In this document: in pieces, positions 37,661 through 48,216 of the stretch | Position numbering within the stretch: position 1 is the stretch's first letter | Layout of the letters: every line of letters starts with the position of its first letter | Assembly: GCA_004213175.1 (NCBI GenBank) | Contig: SHAT01000004.1 | Span: 3,039 to 67,038, forward strand | Length of the DNA stretch: 64,000 nt | Direction: 5' to 3' | Origin: Pseudomonadota bacterium | GTDB lineage: Bacteria > SAR324 > NAC60-12 | Translations under genes and position numbers: made by a program | Notes under the pieces: generated by a model | Told to the model about the DNA's origin: nothing | The model's input: only the letters and a program-made list of their open reading frames with translations | Database searches by the model: none

Positions 37661-38110
37661 TCACCCTGAGCAAGATAACTCAGGATTTTCTAGAATAAGA
37701 GTTTCAAACTGAGTTAACAAATCACTGCGGGTTTCTGTTCTACCGAACAAAATCGAATAATTTTTCCTTACCAAATCCGCAAACAGACTCTCTCGTTCTT
37801 TTGAACAACCCATTATTTGGGCAAACGCAGTCAAATGATCACCTTTTCCGCGGGCAGCATCTTCATTCATAAATGACCACTGACTTCTCAGATAATGATT
37901 GCGCTGATGTTGACTGTAATCCCAATCCTTACATCCGGCAGTTCCGAATGTACTGGCACCTGTATAAGTTGGTGAAATTGTAATATCAAGAGAAAATGCT
38001 CCAGGATCATTAGAGGCAAAACCCATCGGACCACCCTTATGACAACCCCAAGCATTAACCAACCCAAACATACCCAAATATGTCAGCAATAGTATAGTTT
38101 TCAAATTCAT
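37661..38110 (-). CDS. secreted hypothetical protein, tandem paralogue 2 (DUF3015-like; assignment from memory, unsure)
   Basis: Starting at the ATG at 38110 gives a signal peptide and removes the overlap with the upstream gene. It shares TSG/TAGCK-W-YSQH...RG-G-HL-A...M-CS with 38121..38633. Confidence 0.6.
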   Translation of the reverse strand: MNLKTILLLTYLGMFGLVNAWGCHKGGPMGFASNDPGAFSLDITISPTYTGASTFGTAGCKDWDYSQHQRNHYLRSQWSFMNEDAARGKGDHLTAFAQIMGCSKERESLFADLVRKNYSILFGRTETRSDLLTQFETLILENPELSCSG

Positions 38111-38120
38111 TATAATAACA

Positions 38121-38633
38121 TTAAGAAAGTTTACAATTGTGACGTAATTCAGAGTCCTCCATGATCCATTTGCTGAGCTCAATTATAAATTCCTTAGTCT
38201 GTTTTGCTGTTTTAAAATACTCAACAGTTTGTTGTCGGTGCTCCCATAACATTTCGGCAAATAACGCAGAGGATGATTGCGAACATTCCATCAACCTAGA
38301 CAAAGCTTCCAGATGAGGTCCTTGACCACGAACAGTTTCTACTAATAAGTGTTCGTGAGAATTCTTAATAAATTTACGCCGCTCATGTTCAAGATGCTGT
38401 GAAAATTCCCAATTTTTACAACCTGAGGTTCCCGAGGTACTCGAGCTTGTAAAAACCGGAGAAAATGTCAAATCCACCCAAGACATGATAGGATCTTTGG
38501 AAGAAATCCCCATGAATCCTTCCCCACGGCAGGCCGCCTGCAATTTACAAGTCTGGGCAAAAATCAAAATAATTAATGCTCCAAAGTAAATGTTCAAAAG
38601 ATATTTGCGCAGGATGAAAAGCGATCCAAACAT
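38121..38633 (-). CDS. secreted hypothetical protein, tandem paralogue 1
   Basis: 170 aa with a signal peptide. It is a paralogue of the adjacent gene (GTSGCKNWEFSQHLEHE...RGQGPHLEALSRLMECS). Confidence 0.6.
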   Translation of the reverse strand: MFGSLFILRKYLLNIYFGALIILIFAQTCKLQAACRGEGFMGISSKDPIMSWVDLTFSPVFTSSSTSGTSGCKNWEFSQHLEHERRKFIKNSHEHLLVETVRGQGPHLEALSRLMECSQSSSALFAEMLWEHRQQTVEYFKTAKQTKEFIIELSKWIMEDSELRHNCKLS

Positions 38634-38693
38634 GAAACTCCACTATTAGAAAAGATGTCAGGCTAAACTATAGACTCATAGAGAGCAGTATAG

Positions 38694-38984
38694 TTATAAG
38701 CTCCGAACTTTTTCGGCTTTACGGATTACTTGTGTTTTCATTGAATGAATACCTTTGGAAAGTGCTTTGTATAGATTTTCATGGTCAGCTTTGCTGGAAA
38801 GGAGTTTGTTCCTGAAACTACAATTGATCCCAACATGGTAAGATTCTCTATTGACTTTATTCAAAGTGACATGAAAGGGGAATTTGTCGTCAGTAATTTT
38901 GATCAGTTCTTCAAATGCGTGATCTACGTGTTCACTTACAGCTTTAGAATTTCGAATGTTGTTAAAAGTGAGGTGAATGGTCAT
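38694..38984 (-). CDS. hpf: ribosome hibernation factor, short HPF/RaiA (YfiA) family
   Basis: 96 aa. Its length and pattern (I-LT--NI-----V-EHV...H-V-------L-SKA--ENLY-A) match sigma54-modulation/HPF proteins. Confidence 0.8.
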   Translation of the reverse strand: MTIHLTFNNIRNSKAVSEHVDHAFEELIKITDDKFPFHVTLNKVNRESYHVGINCSFRNKLLSSKADHENLYKALSKGIHSMKTQVIRKAEKVRSL

Positions 38985-39083
38985 AAGTTCTCCTTCAGGC
39001 TAAAGACTTACTCGCAAAAATGCTGAGAAATCAACTGTTTCTTGTAAAAATAACAGAAATTCAGAGTTCATAAAATTAACTTT

Positions 39084-39323
39084 TTACTTTGGGGGTGGTG
39101 CGTCTCCTGGATTGGTCATGGGCATTGTTTCAGCTGATTTAGACTCAGAACTGCTATTAAAAAGCTCTGCTAGTGTTTCAGTGACTACAGACTCTTCACC
39201 ATCTTCTAAAACAAATAAAAAGTAACCAGGCAACAATACAAGCAGGTAAGATAAAATGCCGAAAACGATGATTATTACAATTCGCATAACTTTTTTATAA
39301 AGAAAAGAAGTAATCCAGCACAA
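39084..39323 (-). CDS. small single-pass membrane protein (hypothetical)
   Basis: 79 aa with one TM helix. Support is weak. Confidence 0.35.
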   Translation of the reverse strand: MCWITSFLYKKVMRIVIIIVFGILSYLLVLLPGYFLFVLEDGEESVVTETLAELFNSSSESKSAETMPMTNPGDAPPPK

Positions 39324-39529
39324 TTACCCTAAAATTGGGGATTAATGCAGTGTAACAATCTCAAAGGATTTGGTCAATTCCGTAATCATACTAAGTTGAA
39401 TTTTTTCTGAATCAAGGTCATAAAATAGAAAGTAACAGGACATTTTCTGCATTCTCAGAACTATTATCTCAGCATAATTTAAAGATACAAGCACTGATAA
39501 AAATTGATACTCACTGTTACTGCCAATAA

Positions 39530-39801
39530 AAGCATTTACACATTTCTTTGGTTAAAACCATTTTTACTGGAATTCCCCAGTGTTGATGAACCTCGATAAT
39601 AAGAGTATAATGGATTTTATATATGAAACTTTCTATCAGATTGACAAGTCGCTCGACAAAGACAAAGGCAGTAAAGAACTTGGTCTAAGTTTGTGTAAAA
39701 CTATTATCGAAGAACACCGTGGTACAATTCCTGTGAAAAGCAGCATGGGACAAGGTACTAGATTTTCGCTGCTTTTACCCTATTCTTCTTCAACTATTTA
39801 A
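39530..39801 (+). pseudogene. remnant of a sensor histidine kinase (HATPase_c C-terminal part only, frameshifted)
   Basis: One frame (39530..39583) reads KHLHISLVKTIFTGIPQC*, a G1-box-like V-DTGIGIP. The next frame (39580..39801) reads ...FYQIDKSLDKDKGSKELGLSLCKTIIEEHRGTIPVKSSMGQGTRFSLLLP, with degenerate F/G2 boxes. No HisKA or sensor part lies upstream. Confidence 0.65.
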
Positions 39802-39812
39802 CTGGATTAATT

Positions 39813-40994
39813 ATGTGGAAAAAAATATTTAATCTAAAATTCTGGCTACCTATTCTAGTGCTAAGTCTAGGAGCAGGGATCACTATGGCGCTCTTAAAAA
39901 ACAAGCCAACTGCACGAAAAAAAGCTAACTTTCAGAGAGGAAAACTGGTAGACGTCATTGAGGCAAAATTGTCTAATCCACAAATTGAAGTACGTACGCA
40001 CGGGCGTGTTAAAGCAGCTCAAAAAGTTGTATTAAGCGCTCGTATTGGAGGAGAAGTGATTTGGATTAGTCCTAATCTAAGTGAGGGTAGTTTTTTCAAA
40101 AAAAACGATTTACTTTTAAGCATAGGTATCCGGCAATCCCAGTCACGCTTAAAAGCACCTTTTAACGGAGTGGTACAAATGAAAAACGTAGATTTGGGTC
40201 AATACGTTAATCCTGGGTCGCAATTAGCAACACTATTGGGAAGCGATTTTGCCGAAGTTGTGATAGACTTACCAATGTCACGTCTTGATTGGCTCCCAAA
40301 GCAATTGTCGAAAGAACTTCCAGCTAAATCCTCTGAAAAGCTTGCTGGACAGTCAAAGTCCACAAATCAATATCAAATACCTGCGGTTATCACCTTGGCA
40401 GGAATTAACTCAGCATCTGCATGGCCTGCAGTGGTCAAACGTCAATTACTTGAACTTACCCCTCGTGGAATGATGGTTCAGTTAATTGCTGAAGTAATAG
40501 ATCCTTTTCAGCTTAATATTTCTCCAAGGAGAAATGATAAAGGAATTTCCGGGAACGGAGCTTTTGAAATAAAAAAAGAGGGAACGTTTAAAGAGGAAAC
40601 TCCTAAAAAAGCAGATTCTCTTAATATTCCACTATTTATTGGTTCATTTGTAGATGTTAAAATTCCTGGACGCCAACTAACAGATGTGGTACGAATTCCT
40701 GCTAAAGCACTTCGTGACCGTGACACAGTGTGGGTTGTTGTGAATAACGAATTACAAATACGTAATGTTAAAATCGCCCATATAGATTTAGACAATGTAT
40801 ATATCTCTGGAGGAGTACAAATTGGAGAAAAAATTGTTACCTCACCCATAAAAGGGGCTTCGAAAGGGCTTAAAATACGTGTTGTTGGTGATAAAGAGAT
40901 AGGTACTGAAAAAACATCTAAAAGAAGGGGCCAGAAGATGGAAGGTTCAAAAGGGAAATGGAAAGCACGCTTAAAAAATTCAAAAAATGACTAA
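39813..40994 (+). CDS. RND efflux periplasmic adaptor (MFP/HlyD family)
   Basis: It has an N-terminal TM anchor and barrel-sandwich hybrid motifs, and sits immediately upstream of the RND pump. Confidence 0.88.
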   Translation: MWKKIFNLKFWLPILVLSLGAGITMALLKNKPTARKKANFQRGKLVDVIEAKLSNPQIEVRTHGRVKAAQKVVLSARIGGEVIWISPNLSEGSFFKKNDLLLSIGIRQSQSRLKAPFNGVVQMKNVDLGQYVNPGSQLATLLGSDFAEVVIDLPMSRLDWLPKQLSKELPAKSSEKLAGQSKSTNQYQIPAVITLAGINSASAWPAVVKRQLLELTPRGMMVQLIAEVIDPFQLNISPRRNDKGISGNGAFEIKKEGTFKEETPKKADSLNIPLFIGSFVDVKIPGRQLTDVVRIPAKALRDRDTVWVVVNNELQIRNVKIAHIDLDNVYISGGVQIGEKIVTSPIKGASKGLKIRVVGDKEIGTEKTSKRRGQKMEGSKGKWKARLKNSKND

Positions 40995-41015
40995 TAAAAT
41001 TTTTAGGGGACAAAA

Positions 41016-44000
41016 ATGATTCGCTGGATGGCAGGACATAAAGTAGCTGCAAACTTGTTGATGGTTATTATTTTGTTTGCTGGATTAATGGGAATTATGA
41101 ATATTAAGCAAGAAGTCTTTCCAGAAATGGAACTAGATTTCGTTGTTGTTGGTGTACCATATCCAGGAGCAACCCCTGAAGAAATTGAAAAATCTATACT
41201 ACTTCCAATTGAAGACGCTTTGGGAGGAATTAATGGTATTAAAAAAATCACTGGAAATGCAAAAGAAGGTCAGGGTAGTTTTCGAATTGAAATTCTAAAT
41301 GGGGCTGACAAAGATGAGGTTTTTGAAGACATAAAAACCGCTTTAGATGGATTAACATCACTTCCAGAAGACGCGGAAGAGTTACAAATACAATTGCCAA
41401 GAATTCGTAGAGAAGTCTTAAATATAACTATTTATGGTGAAGCCCCAGCTAGATCTTTGATTGAACAGGCTCAAATAGTGAGAAACTATTTACTCTCTCA
41501 TCCCGATATAACACAAGTAGATATTGAACAAAGGAGAGGCTTTGAAATGACTGTCCAAATTTCTAAGTCATCGCTACAACAACATTCATTAACATTAAAT
41601 CAAGTTTCAAATATAATCAAAAAAGCTAATCTGGATTTACCTGGTGGAAAGATTAAAACTTCTGGGGGAGATATCTTAATAAGAACAAAAGAAAAAAGTT
41701 ATACCGTAGTAGAATTTGCAAATATTCCAATTATTTACAGTGATCAAGGTATTTTAAGACTTGGCGACATTGCCAATATTTCGGACGGTTTTGAAGAATC
41801 AGACATTCGGACAAGTTTTAATGGGCTGCCTGCAGAGAGTATTGAGGTATTTAGAGTAGGGAAACAAACTCCGACAGATGTTTCTAGAGCTGTTCGCTCT
41901 ATGATTGAAGAATTGAATGATCAGATGCCATCTTCAATTAAATTAGAAATAGTTAATGATCGCTCCCTTGTTTTACAAGATAGGATAGATCTGCTAATGA
42001 AAAATCTTTGGCTTGGACTGATTTTAGTTTTTATAACCCTAGCTATGTTTTTAAGAATAGATTTAGCATTTTGGATAATGATGGGCATACCTATAAGTTT
42101 TGCTGGGGGTATGATTTTAATGCCAATTCTAGATACAAGCATAAACATGATCTCATTATTCGCTTTTATTTTGGTTCTGGGAATTGTGGTTGATGATGCA
42201 ATTGTAGTTGGTGAAAATATATTTGCACATCAGGAAATGGATAAGAGTAGTTCAATAGCAGCAATAGACGGTGCAACTGAGGTAAGTTCACCAGTATTAA
42301 TTACAATACTTACTACTATAGCAGCTTTCATTCCCATGTACTTTATTCCAGGAACTACAGGGAATATTTTTTCAAATATTCCGAATGTATTAATTGTAGT
42401 TTTATTGTTTTCCTTAGCAGAGGTAATGTTTATTTTGCCTGGACATCTTTCGCATCTCAACCGAATAATTAGTTTTTTTCTTGCCCCAATAGGTAAAATT
42501 ATAGAACAGCCCAGGCGCTTTCTTAGTTCAGGGATGGTATGGTTTTCTCAAAACACTTACCGTAAAACACTCGAGCGAATTATTGAATTTAGGTATTCCT
42601 TCCTAGCTTTAGGATTGGTTTTTATAATGGTTTGCATAGGCTTGAGTATAGGCGGGCATATGCGATTTACTTTTTTCCCTACAATAGAAAGAGATAGAGT
42701 CATTCTGACAGCGAAAATGCCATTTGGAACACCGGCAAACATAAGTAAAGACATTGAAAAAAAAATGTTGAGTTCTGCATTAAGTTTGCTCAAAGAATAT
42801 GAGACCGAATTAGGGAAAACAGTTCATGATGGCGTATACAGTAATGTTGGTAGAGGCGGTTCAAATAATGCTTCCGTAAGAGTATATCTAAAACCCTTAA
42901 AGGAAAGAGGTTTCCCAGCAAATGAATTTTCACGAAAGTGGCGAAAAAAGATGGGAGTAGTCCCTGGGATTGAATCATTAAAGATTAGATCTGGATGGAG
43001 AATGGGATCTACATATGATATAGATTTGCAATTAAGTCATCCGGATCCGATTGTACTCTTTGGGATAGTTGAAGAGTTTAAGGATAAATTCTCAGAATAT
43101 CCTGGAGTAAAAAACATTGAAGACAGTACTGAAGATGGGAAAAGAGAAGTTCAGTTAAAACTAACTCCAGAAGGACTGACTTTGGGCTTGGACACCTTAG
43201 AATTAACTCAACAAGTACGTAGTGCTTTTCAAGGAGTTGAAGTTTTAAAATTCCTAAGAAATAGTGATGAATTGAGTTTAAAATTAGTCTTACCTTTAGA
43301 AGAACGCAAATATTTGAGGGACTTGGAAGACTTGGTAATTATTACCCCTAATGGGGTGAACTTACCCCTTGCTCAAGTGGCCGAATTGAAATACGGTCAA
43401 TCTTTTAGTGCGATACGTCGCATAAATGGTAGGCGAATAGTTAGTGTAAGGGCACTTGTAGATTCTGAAGTTACAAACACTGCTGAAGTAGTTATGTCGC
43501 TCAAAAATTCTTTATTGCCGGAAACTATAATGCAGAACCCAGAACTTCAATACTCATTTGAGGGTGCTCGCAGGGCACAAACTAATACCATGGAAGGGGT
43601 AAAAAAAGGTGGTGTTATTGCTTTAGTTTTAATTTTCTGTTTACTTGCTTTGCAATTCAGAAGCTATTTTCAACCTATTATTATCATGGTAGCGATTCCT
43701 TTTGGGATGGTAGGAGCAATATTAGGGCACTTACTGCTAGGCTATGATCTTAGCATAATAAGTGTTTTAGGAATTGTTGCTTTGACAGGTATTGTTGTCA
43801 ATGACTCACTAATTTTAGTTGACTTTATCAACCGAAGCCACGAAAAAGGAGCAGCCGTTTTGGAAGCAGTAGTTGAATCAGGTGTTCGGAGATTTAGACC
43901 AATATTATTAACAACACTAACTACTTTTTTTGGTTTAATGCCAATGTTGTTTGAGACTTCAATACAAGCTCGGTTTCTCATTCCAATGGCTATAAGTCTT

Positions 44001-44132
44001 GCATTTGGAGTTTTATTTTCAACTTTTATAATACTATACCTAGTTCCTGTTCTTTATACGATACTGGAAGATACAAAGTTATTGATAGAGAATTTAAAAC
44101 AAAGAATAGGGATAAAACGTGAAATTGTTTAA
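41016..44132 (+). CDS. RND efflux transporter permease (AcrB/AcrD/AcrF family)
   Basis: 1038 aa with a 12-TM architecture and the family start MIRWMAGHKVAANLLM. No outer-membrane factor gene is adjacent. Confidence 0.95.
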   Translation: MIRWMAGHKVAANLLMVIILFAGLMGIMNIKQEVFPEMELDFVVVGVPYPGATPEEIEKSILLPIEDALGGINGIKKITGNAKEGQGSFRIEILNGADKDEVFEDIKTALDGLTSLPEDAEELQIQLPRIRREVLNITIYGEAPARSLIEQAQIVRNYLLSHPDITQVDIEQRRGFEMTVQISKSSLQQHSLTLNQVSNIIKKANLDLPGGKIKTSGGDILIRTKEKSYTVVEFANIPIIYSDQGILRLGDIANISDGFEESDIRTSFNGLPAESIEVFRVGKQTPTDVSRAVRSMIEELNDQMPSSIKLEIVNDRSLVLQDRIDLLMKNLWLGLILVFITLAMFLRIDLAFWIMMGIPISFAGGMILMPILDTSINMISLFAFILVLGIVVDDAIVVGENIFAHQEMDKSSSIAAIDGATEVSSPVLITILTTIAAFIPMYFIPGTTGNIFSNIPNVLIVVLLFSLAEVMFILPGHLSHLNRIISFFLAPIGKIIEQPRRFLSSGMVWFSQNTYRKTLERIIEFRYSFLALGLVFIMVCIGLSIGGHMRFTFFPTIERDRVILTAKMPFGTPANISKDIEKKMLSSALSLLKEYETELGKTVHDGVYSNVGRGGSNNASVRVYLKPLKERGFPANEFSRKWRKKMGVVPGIESLKIRSGWRMGSTYDIDLQLSHPDPIVLFGIVEEFKDKFSEYPGVKNIEDSTEDGKREVQLKLTPEGLTLGLDTLELTQQVRSAFQGVEVLKFLRNSDELSLKLVLPLEERKYLRDLEDLVIITPNGVNLPLAQVAELKYGQSFSAIRRINGRRIVSVRALVDSEVTNTAEVVMSLKNSLLPETIMQNPELQYSFEGARRAQTNTMEGVKKGGVIALVLIFCLLALQFRSYFQPIIIMVAIPFGMVGAILGHLLLGYDLSIISVLGIVALTGIVVNDSLILVDFINRSHEKGAAVLEAVVESGVRRFRPILLTTLTTFFGLMPMLFETSIQARFLIPMAISLAFGVLFSTFIILYLVPVLYTILEDTKLLIENLKQRIGIKREIV

Positions 44133-44411
44133 ATATTTAAACCAAAAATACATTATAACCAAATACTTTTTGGTAACTAATGAAAATAATTTATTCTTAA
44201 TTTCAGGCTAATGAATTTCAAAAAAAATTAAAAGTAAACGGAGAAATGATTATAAATATATCATATTCTAAAAATTATTTAGATTAATTAAAATTAATGA
44301 TTAGTTGTTTTAGATTAAAGTATTAAATTATTGAGTGTTTTAGCATTTGAATCATACATTAATGATTCTTCCAGGTTAATCGTTAGGAATGCATACAAAA
44401 TTGAGGGATTC

Positions 44412-45092
44412 TTAAATAGCTTTATTGTATTTAGGTAGACCCCAATATTCGGGATCAAAGTCTTTTAGTGAAGAAATTATTTGGGAAGCATTTTTGTAGA
44501 ATTTATGATCCATATTAGGATCAGGAACTACAACCACAGACATCCCGGCAGCTAAGGCTGATTCTGTTCCGGAAGGTGCATCCTCAAAAACAAGACACTT
44601 CTCAGCTGCAACTCCAATACGTTTTGCCGCTAGTAGAAAAATGTCAGGAGCAGGTTTCCCTTCTTTCAATTGAGGGTCATCTCCACGGATAATTTGCTCG
44701 AATTGTGAAAACCACTTTTTATGTTTTTCGTATTTTGCCTCAAAAATTGGAGATGATGAACTAGTAGCAATAGCTTGCGGAATTCCTCTTTGATTAAAAT
44801 GTTTGGTCAGAGCTTTCGCTCCCGGCAAAGCCTTCGTGTCCCTAAATCGCTCAAGCAAAACATCTTTTCTTGAATTCAAATAATCTTGTGGTGTAATAGG
44901 TAAATCCAAACTTTCTACTATAATCTTTGCTGCGTCAATTGATCTTCGACCAATAATCTTTTTTTTGATCGACCAATCAAAAACCTTACCATATTCTGAA
45001 ACTATATCCTGAGTAACTTCGGTGTAAATTCCTTCTGTATCAAGGAGTAAGCCATCCATATCATAAATTATACATGAAATTTCAGGTATCAT
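44412..45092 (-). CDS. HAD-superfamily hydrolase, subfamily IA (beta-phosphoglucomutase/phosphatase-like)
   Basis: It has motif I IYDMDGLLLDTE and motif IV-like VFEDAPSG. Confidence 0.88.
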   Translation of the reverse strand: MIPEISCIIYDMDGLLLDTEGIYTEVTQDIVSEYGKVFDWSIKKKIIGRRSIDAAKIIVESLDLPITPQDYLNSRKDVLLERFRDTKALPGAKALTKHFNQRGIPQAIATSSSSPIFEAKYEKHKKWFSQFEQIIRGDDPQLKEGKPAPDIFLLAAKRIGVAAEKCLVFEDAPSGTESALAAGMSVVVVPDPNMDHKFYKNASQIISSLKDFDPEYWGLPKYNKAI

Positions 45093-45161
45093 TGTTCGGG
45101 CTTTGGTTGTTTTTAAGGAGATTCAATAAATTGTTTTTAAAGAGGGATAGCCAATGAAGTA

Positions 45162-46013
45162 TTAAAATAACGAGGGTGCATATTTTCGCAAATCAACAAT
45201 TTCTTTTTTGCCGTTAGCCAGTTTGTAACTTACAGAATATTCATTTATCCACTTCAGTTTTAAACTGTAACTAAAGTCTTGAACCTCGAGATTTTGCAGG
45301 CTTTTAATTATTTTTTGGTTTCTATTAATAAGATGCAGCCTGAAAGTGTAAATCCTTTGAGTAATTTCCTGACCGCTGGAATTTGTATCTGTGCTGTCTC
45401 TTGAACCCGTAATATGATAAAATATTGCGTGATTAGTTGTAGTAGCTACACCTGCACCTGTCCGGAGATTTGGAAGCAGTGGAATAACTTTTCCCTGAAA
45501 TATTCTGAAAACTCTTTGAATCCCGAAAGTGTTGTTTGAATACTGATAGAATTGCTGATCAACCTTCCAAAAACGAGCATCTCCATCTGCATCATTTTTA
45601 ATAATATCTAATCCCATAATTCTATTTTTATCACGGAAGAGATAAACGTAACTTTTAGTATCTTTTATACTGGTAATGTTTAGAATCACCCGTTGAGGAT
45701 GAGAATCTAAAAGTTTTTTTTCGTAGTAAATCCCATTACCCATTCTGTTCTCAGGATAGATCTGGTAAGGGCCAATGTCAATTATTCCCTTGTGTTCGTG
45801 ATCTCTTGGAAAAATATCTACTGCACTAACTCTATAAGGTAGCAGGAGTAAAAGTAATCCTATTAAATAAAAAACCATTCTTTCTTTAGACTGCCGCAGT
45901 CTTTTTATTGGAGGCCTCAATTTTTTCTCTTCTATATGGTTAAGTAAGAAGATCAACATCTTAAAAAATTTTTGTTGCGTTGGTATAAAAAATCTAAATC
46001 CGAGAATATTCAA
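45162..46013 (-). CDS. hypothetical secreted protein
   Basis: The likely start is near 45878 (MVFYLIGLLLLLLPYRVSA signal). No motif recognised. Confidence 0.5.
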   Translation of the reverse strand: MNILGFRFFIPTQQKFFKMLIFLLNHIEEKKLRPPIKRLRQSKERMVFYLIGLLLLLLPYRVSAVDIFPRDHEHKGIIDIGPYQIYPENRMGNGIYYEKKLLDSHPQRVILNITSIKDTKSYVYLFRDKNRIMGLDIIKNDADGDARFWKVDQQFYQYSNNTFGIQRVFRIFQGKVIPLLPNLRTGAGVATTTNHAIFYHITGSRDSTDTNSSGQEITQRIYTFRLHLINRNQKIIKSLQNLEVQDFSYSLKLKWINEYSVSYKLANGKKEIVDLRKYAPSLF

Positions 46014-46254
46014 ACGACATAACAGAGCAACTTTGATTCTCCTATTTCAGGTTTGCTACTTCACTTTCATAGTGGATCTCAGATTTCTTGTTATTAATTT
46101 GATTATAACAAACTATTCTACTGAAGTCAGTGAAATAGTGATTGAGCAACTTGAGTCCTTTGATACTTGATATTAGAATAATAATTAGAATTTGTATCAG
46201 ATGCTCAAAAAGTGTCACAATTTGTATAAAATTTCGCATAATTCAGCTTAACAA

Positions 46255-48210
46255 ATGTCTACCACTAGAACTTTAAAAAAACCTCCCAGAACGTTTGTGA
46301 TTGGCACAAGCGGACATATAGATCATGGAAAAACAACCTTGGTCAAAGCTCTCACAGGAGTGGACACAGACCGTTGGATAGAAGAAAAAAAACGTGGTAT
46401 TACCATTGACCTTGGATTTGCTCATTATGAGGACAATGAGGGAAACAAACTGGTATTTGTAGATGTTCCAGGACACGAAAAATTTATTCACAATATGCTC
46501 GCCGGCGTGGCTGGGATGAGTGCGGTACTGCTTGTTGTAGCTGCAGATGAAGGGGTTATGCCTCAAACAAGGGAACATCTGAATATATGTAATCTGCTTA
46601 AACTTCAAACTGGGATCGTTGTAATTACTCGGATTGATTTAGTGGAAGACCCTGATATAGTAGAACTTTGTAAAGAGGAAGTTGCTGAATTAATTAAAGG
46701 TACGTTTCTAGAAGGCAAGCAGGTAGTTCCAGTTTCATCTACTAGTGGAGAAGGATTAATTGAACTTCGGGCAGCATTATCAAAATTGCACAAACAAATC
46801 CCCACACCCGAAATTGAAAAACCTTTCCGCATGAATGTTGACCGTTCCTTCACAGTCAAGGGATTCGGAACAGTCGTAACGGGAACAGTTCTCTGCGGAT
46901 CAGTCAGTCAAGATGAAGTAGTACAGCAATTTCCAAGACAAAACAGCATTCGGATACGCGGCCTGCAGGCTCACAATATGGTAGTCAATCGAATTTTTGC
47001 AGGACAGAGGGCTGCTCTTAATTTGGCCGGGATTGAAAAAAAAAATATTCAACGAGGTGACCAACTGGCAGAAGAGAAGTCATTACTCACTAGTTATATG
47101 CTAAATGCATCTTTAACCTTGCTTGAAAATGTCTCTGAACCTTTGAAAAACAGAACACGTATCAGGCTTCATTTAGGTAGCCAGGAAGTTTTTGGAAGGA
47201 TTGTTCTTTTAAAGGATAAAACTTTATCCGGGGGAAAAACCACATTGGTTCAGTTCCGGCTGGAAAGTTTGGTCAGCGCAAGATACGGTGACCATTTTAT
47301 AGTCAGGAGTTTCTCACCGATGATTACTTTAGGTGGAGGTATGGTGATTGACCCTTCCCCCAGTAAATCTAGAAGAGTAATGTTTGAACTTCCTGAACGT
47401 CTCAAGCGACTACACGAAGGTGACGAAAATATACGTTCAGCTGAAGTGATATATCTGCAATCCGTGAAGGGTGTGATTGAAACAGAATTTTCGGTACGTA
47501 CTGGTCTTTCCCCTAAACGGTCCGGTAAAATCCTGCAGCTTCTTCAAAGTCAGCAGCAGGTGCTTTGTGTCAATCCTATTTCAAAACGTTACCTACATGT
47601 CGAACATATTGAACGTATAAGTGATTTTTTGTGTAAAGTCCTAGCATTACATCATGAAAAATTTAAGGATCGTGAAGGAATGACACGTTCTGAACTGGGT
47701 GGAAAAATCTCTTTTATTTTTACAGAAAAAGAGTTTGAAATTCTTTTAAAATATATGGTTAAGCTTTGCAAGTTCTTACAAAAAGGACAGTACTTCGCCC
47801 TCGAGGGTCATCAGACAATAGTTTCTCAAGAACAGGAAGTGGGCTTAGCGCTCTGTCTTGAATTAATAACGGCAGGAGGATTTCAGCCACACCGTCAGAC
47901 TATGTTGCTGGAAAAACTTAAAATGAATGAAAAAGACGGTGTTGCAATACTCAAATCAGCAGTACATTCCAAACGGCTTGTGCGTGTCTCGAAGGACCTG
48001 TATTATTCTCCAGTACAAACAACAGAGATTTTATCGCTGCTAAGAAAATTTTTGCAGGCTAATAAAAAGATTACTATCATTCAGTTCAAAGAATTATTAA
48101 ACATTTCTCGCAAACATGCTATTGATTTGCTTGAGTATTTTGATAGTCAACACCTTACGATTCGGGAAGGGAATCATCGCGTTCCCGGTTCAATTTTGTC
48201 TTCCAACTAA
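46255..48210 (+). CDS. selB: selenocysteine-specific translation elongation factor SelB
   Basis: It has a GTPase G1 motif [13 protein letters not shown] and DVPGHEKF, followed by a long winged-helix C-terminal extension. 651 aa. Confidence 0.92.
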   Translation: MSTTRTLKKPPRTFVIGTSGHIDHGKTTLVKALTGVDTDRWIEEKKRGITIDLGFAHYEDNEGNKLVFVDVPGHEKFIHNMLAGVAGMSAVLLVVAADEGVMPQTREHLNICNLLKLQTGIVVITRIDLVEDPDIVELCKEEVAELIKGTFLEGKQVVPVSSTSGEGLIELRAALSKLHKQIPTPEIEKPFRMNVDRSFTVKGFGTVVTGTVLCGSVSQDEVVQQFPRQNSIRIRGLQAHNMVVNRIFAGQRAALNLAGIEKKNIQRGDQLAEEKSLLTSYMLNASLTLLENVSEPLKNRTRIRLHLGSQEVFGRIVLLKDKTLSGGKTTLVQFRLESLVSARYGDHFIVRSFSPMITLGGGMVIDPSPSKSRRVMFELPERLKRLHEGDENIRSAEVIYLQSVKGVIETEFSVRTGLSPKRSGKILQLLQSQQQVLCVNPISKRYLHVEHIERISDFLCKVLALHHEKFKDREGMTRSELGGKISFIFTEKEFEILLKYMVKLCKFLQKGQYFALEGHQTIVSQEQEVGLALCLELITAGGFQPHRQTMLLEKLKMNEKDGVAILKSAVHSKRLVRVSKDLYYSPVQTTEILSLLRKFLQANKKITIIQFKELLNISRKHAIDLLEYFDSQHLTIREGNHRVPGSILSSN

Positions 48211-48216
48211 CAAAAG

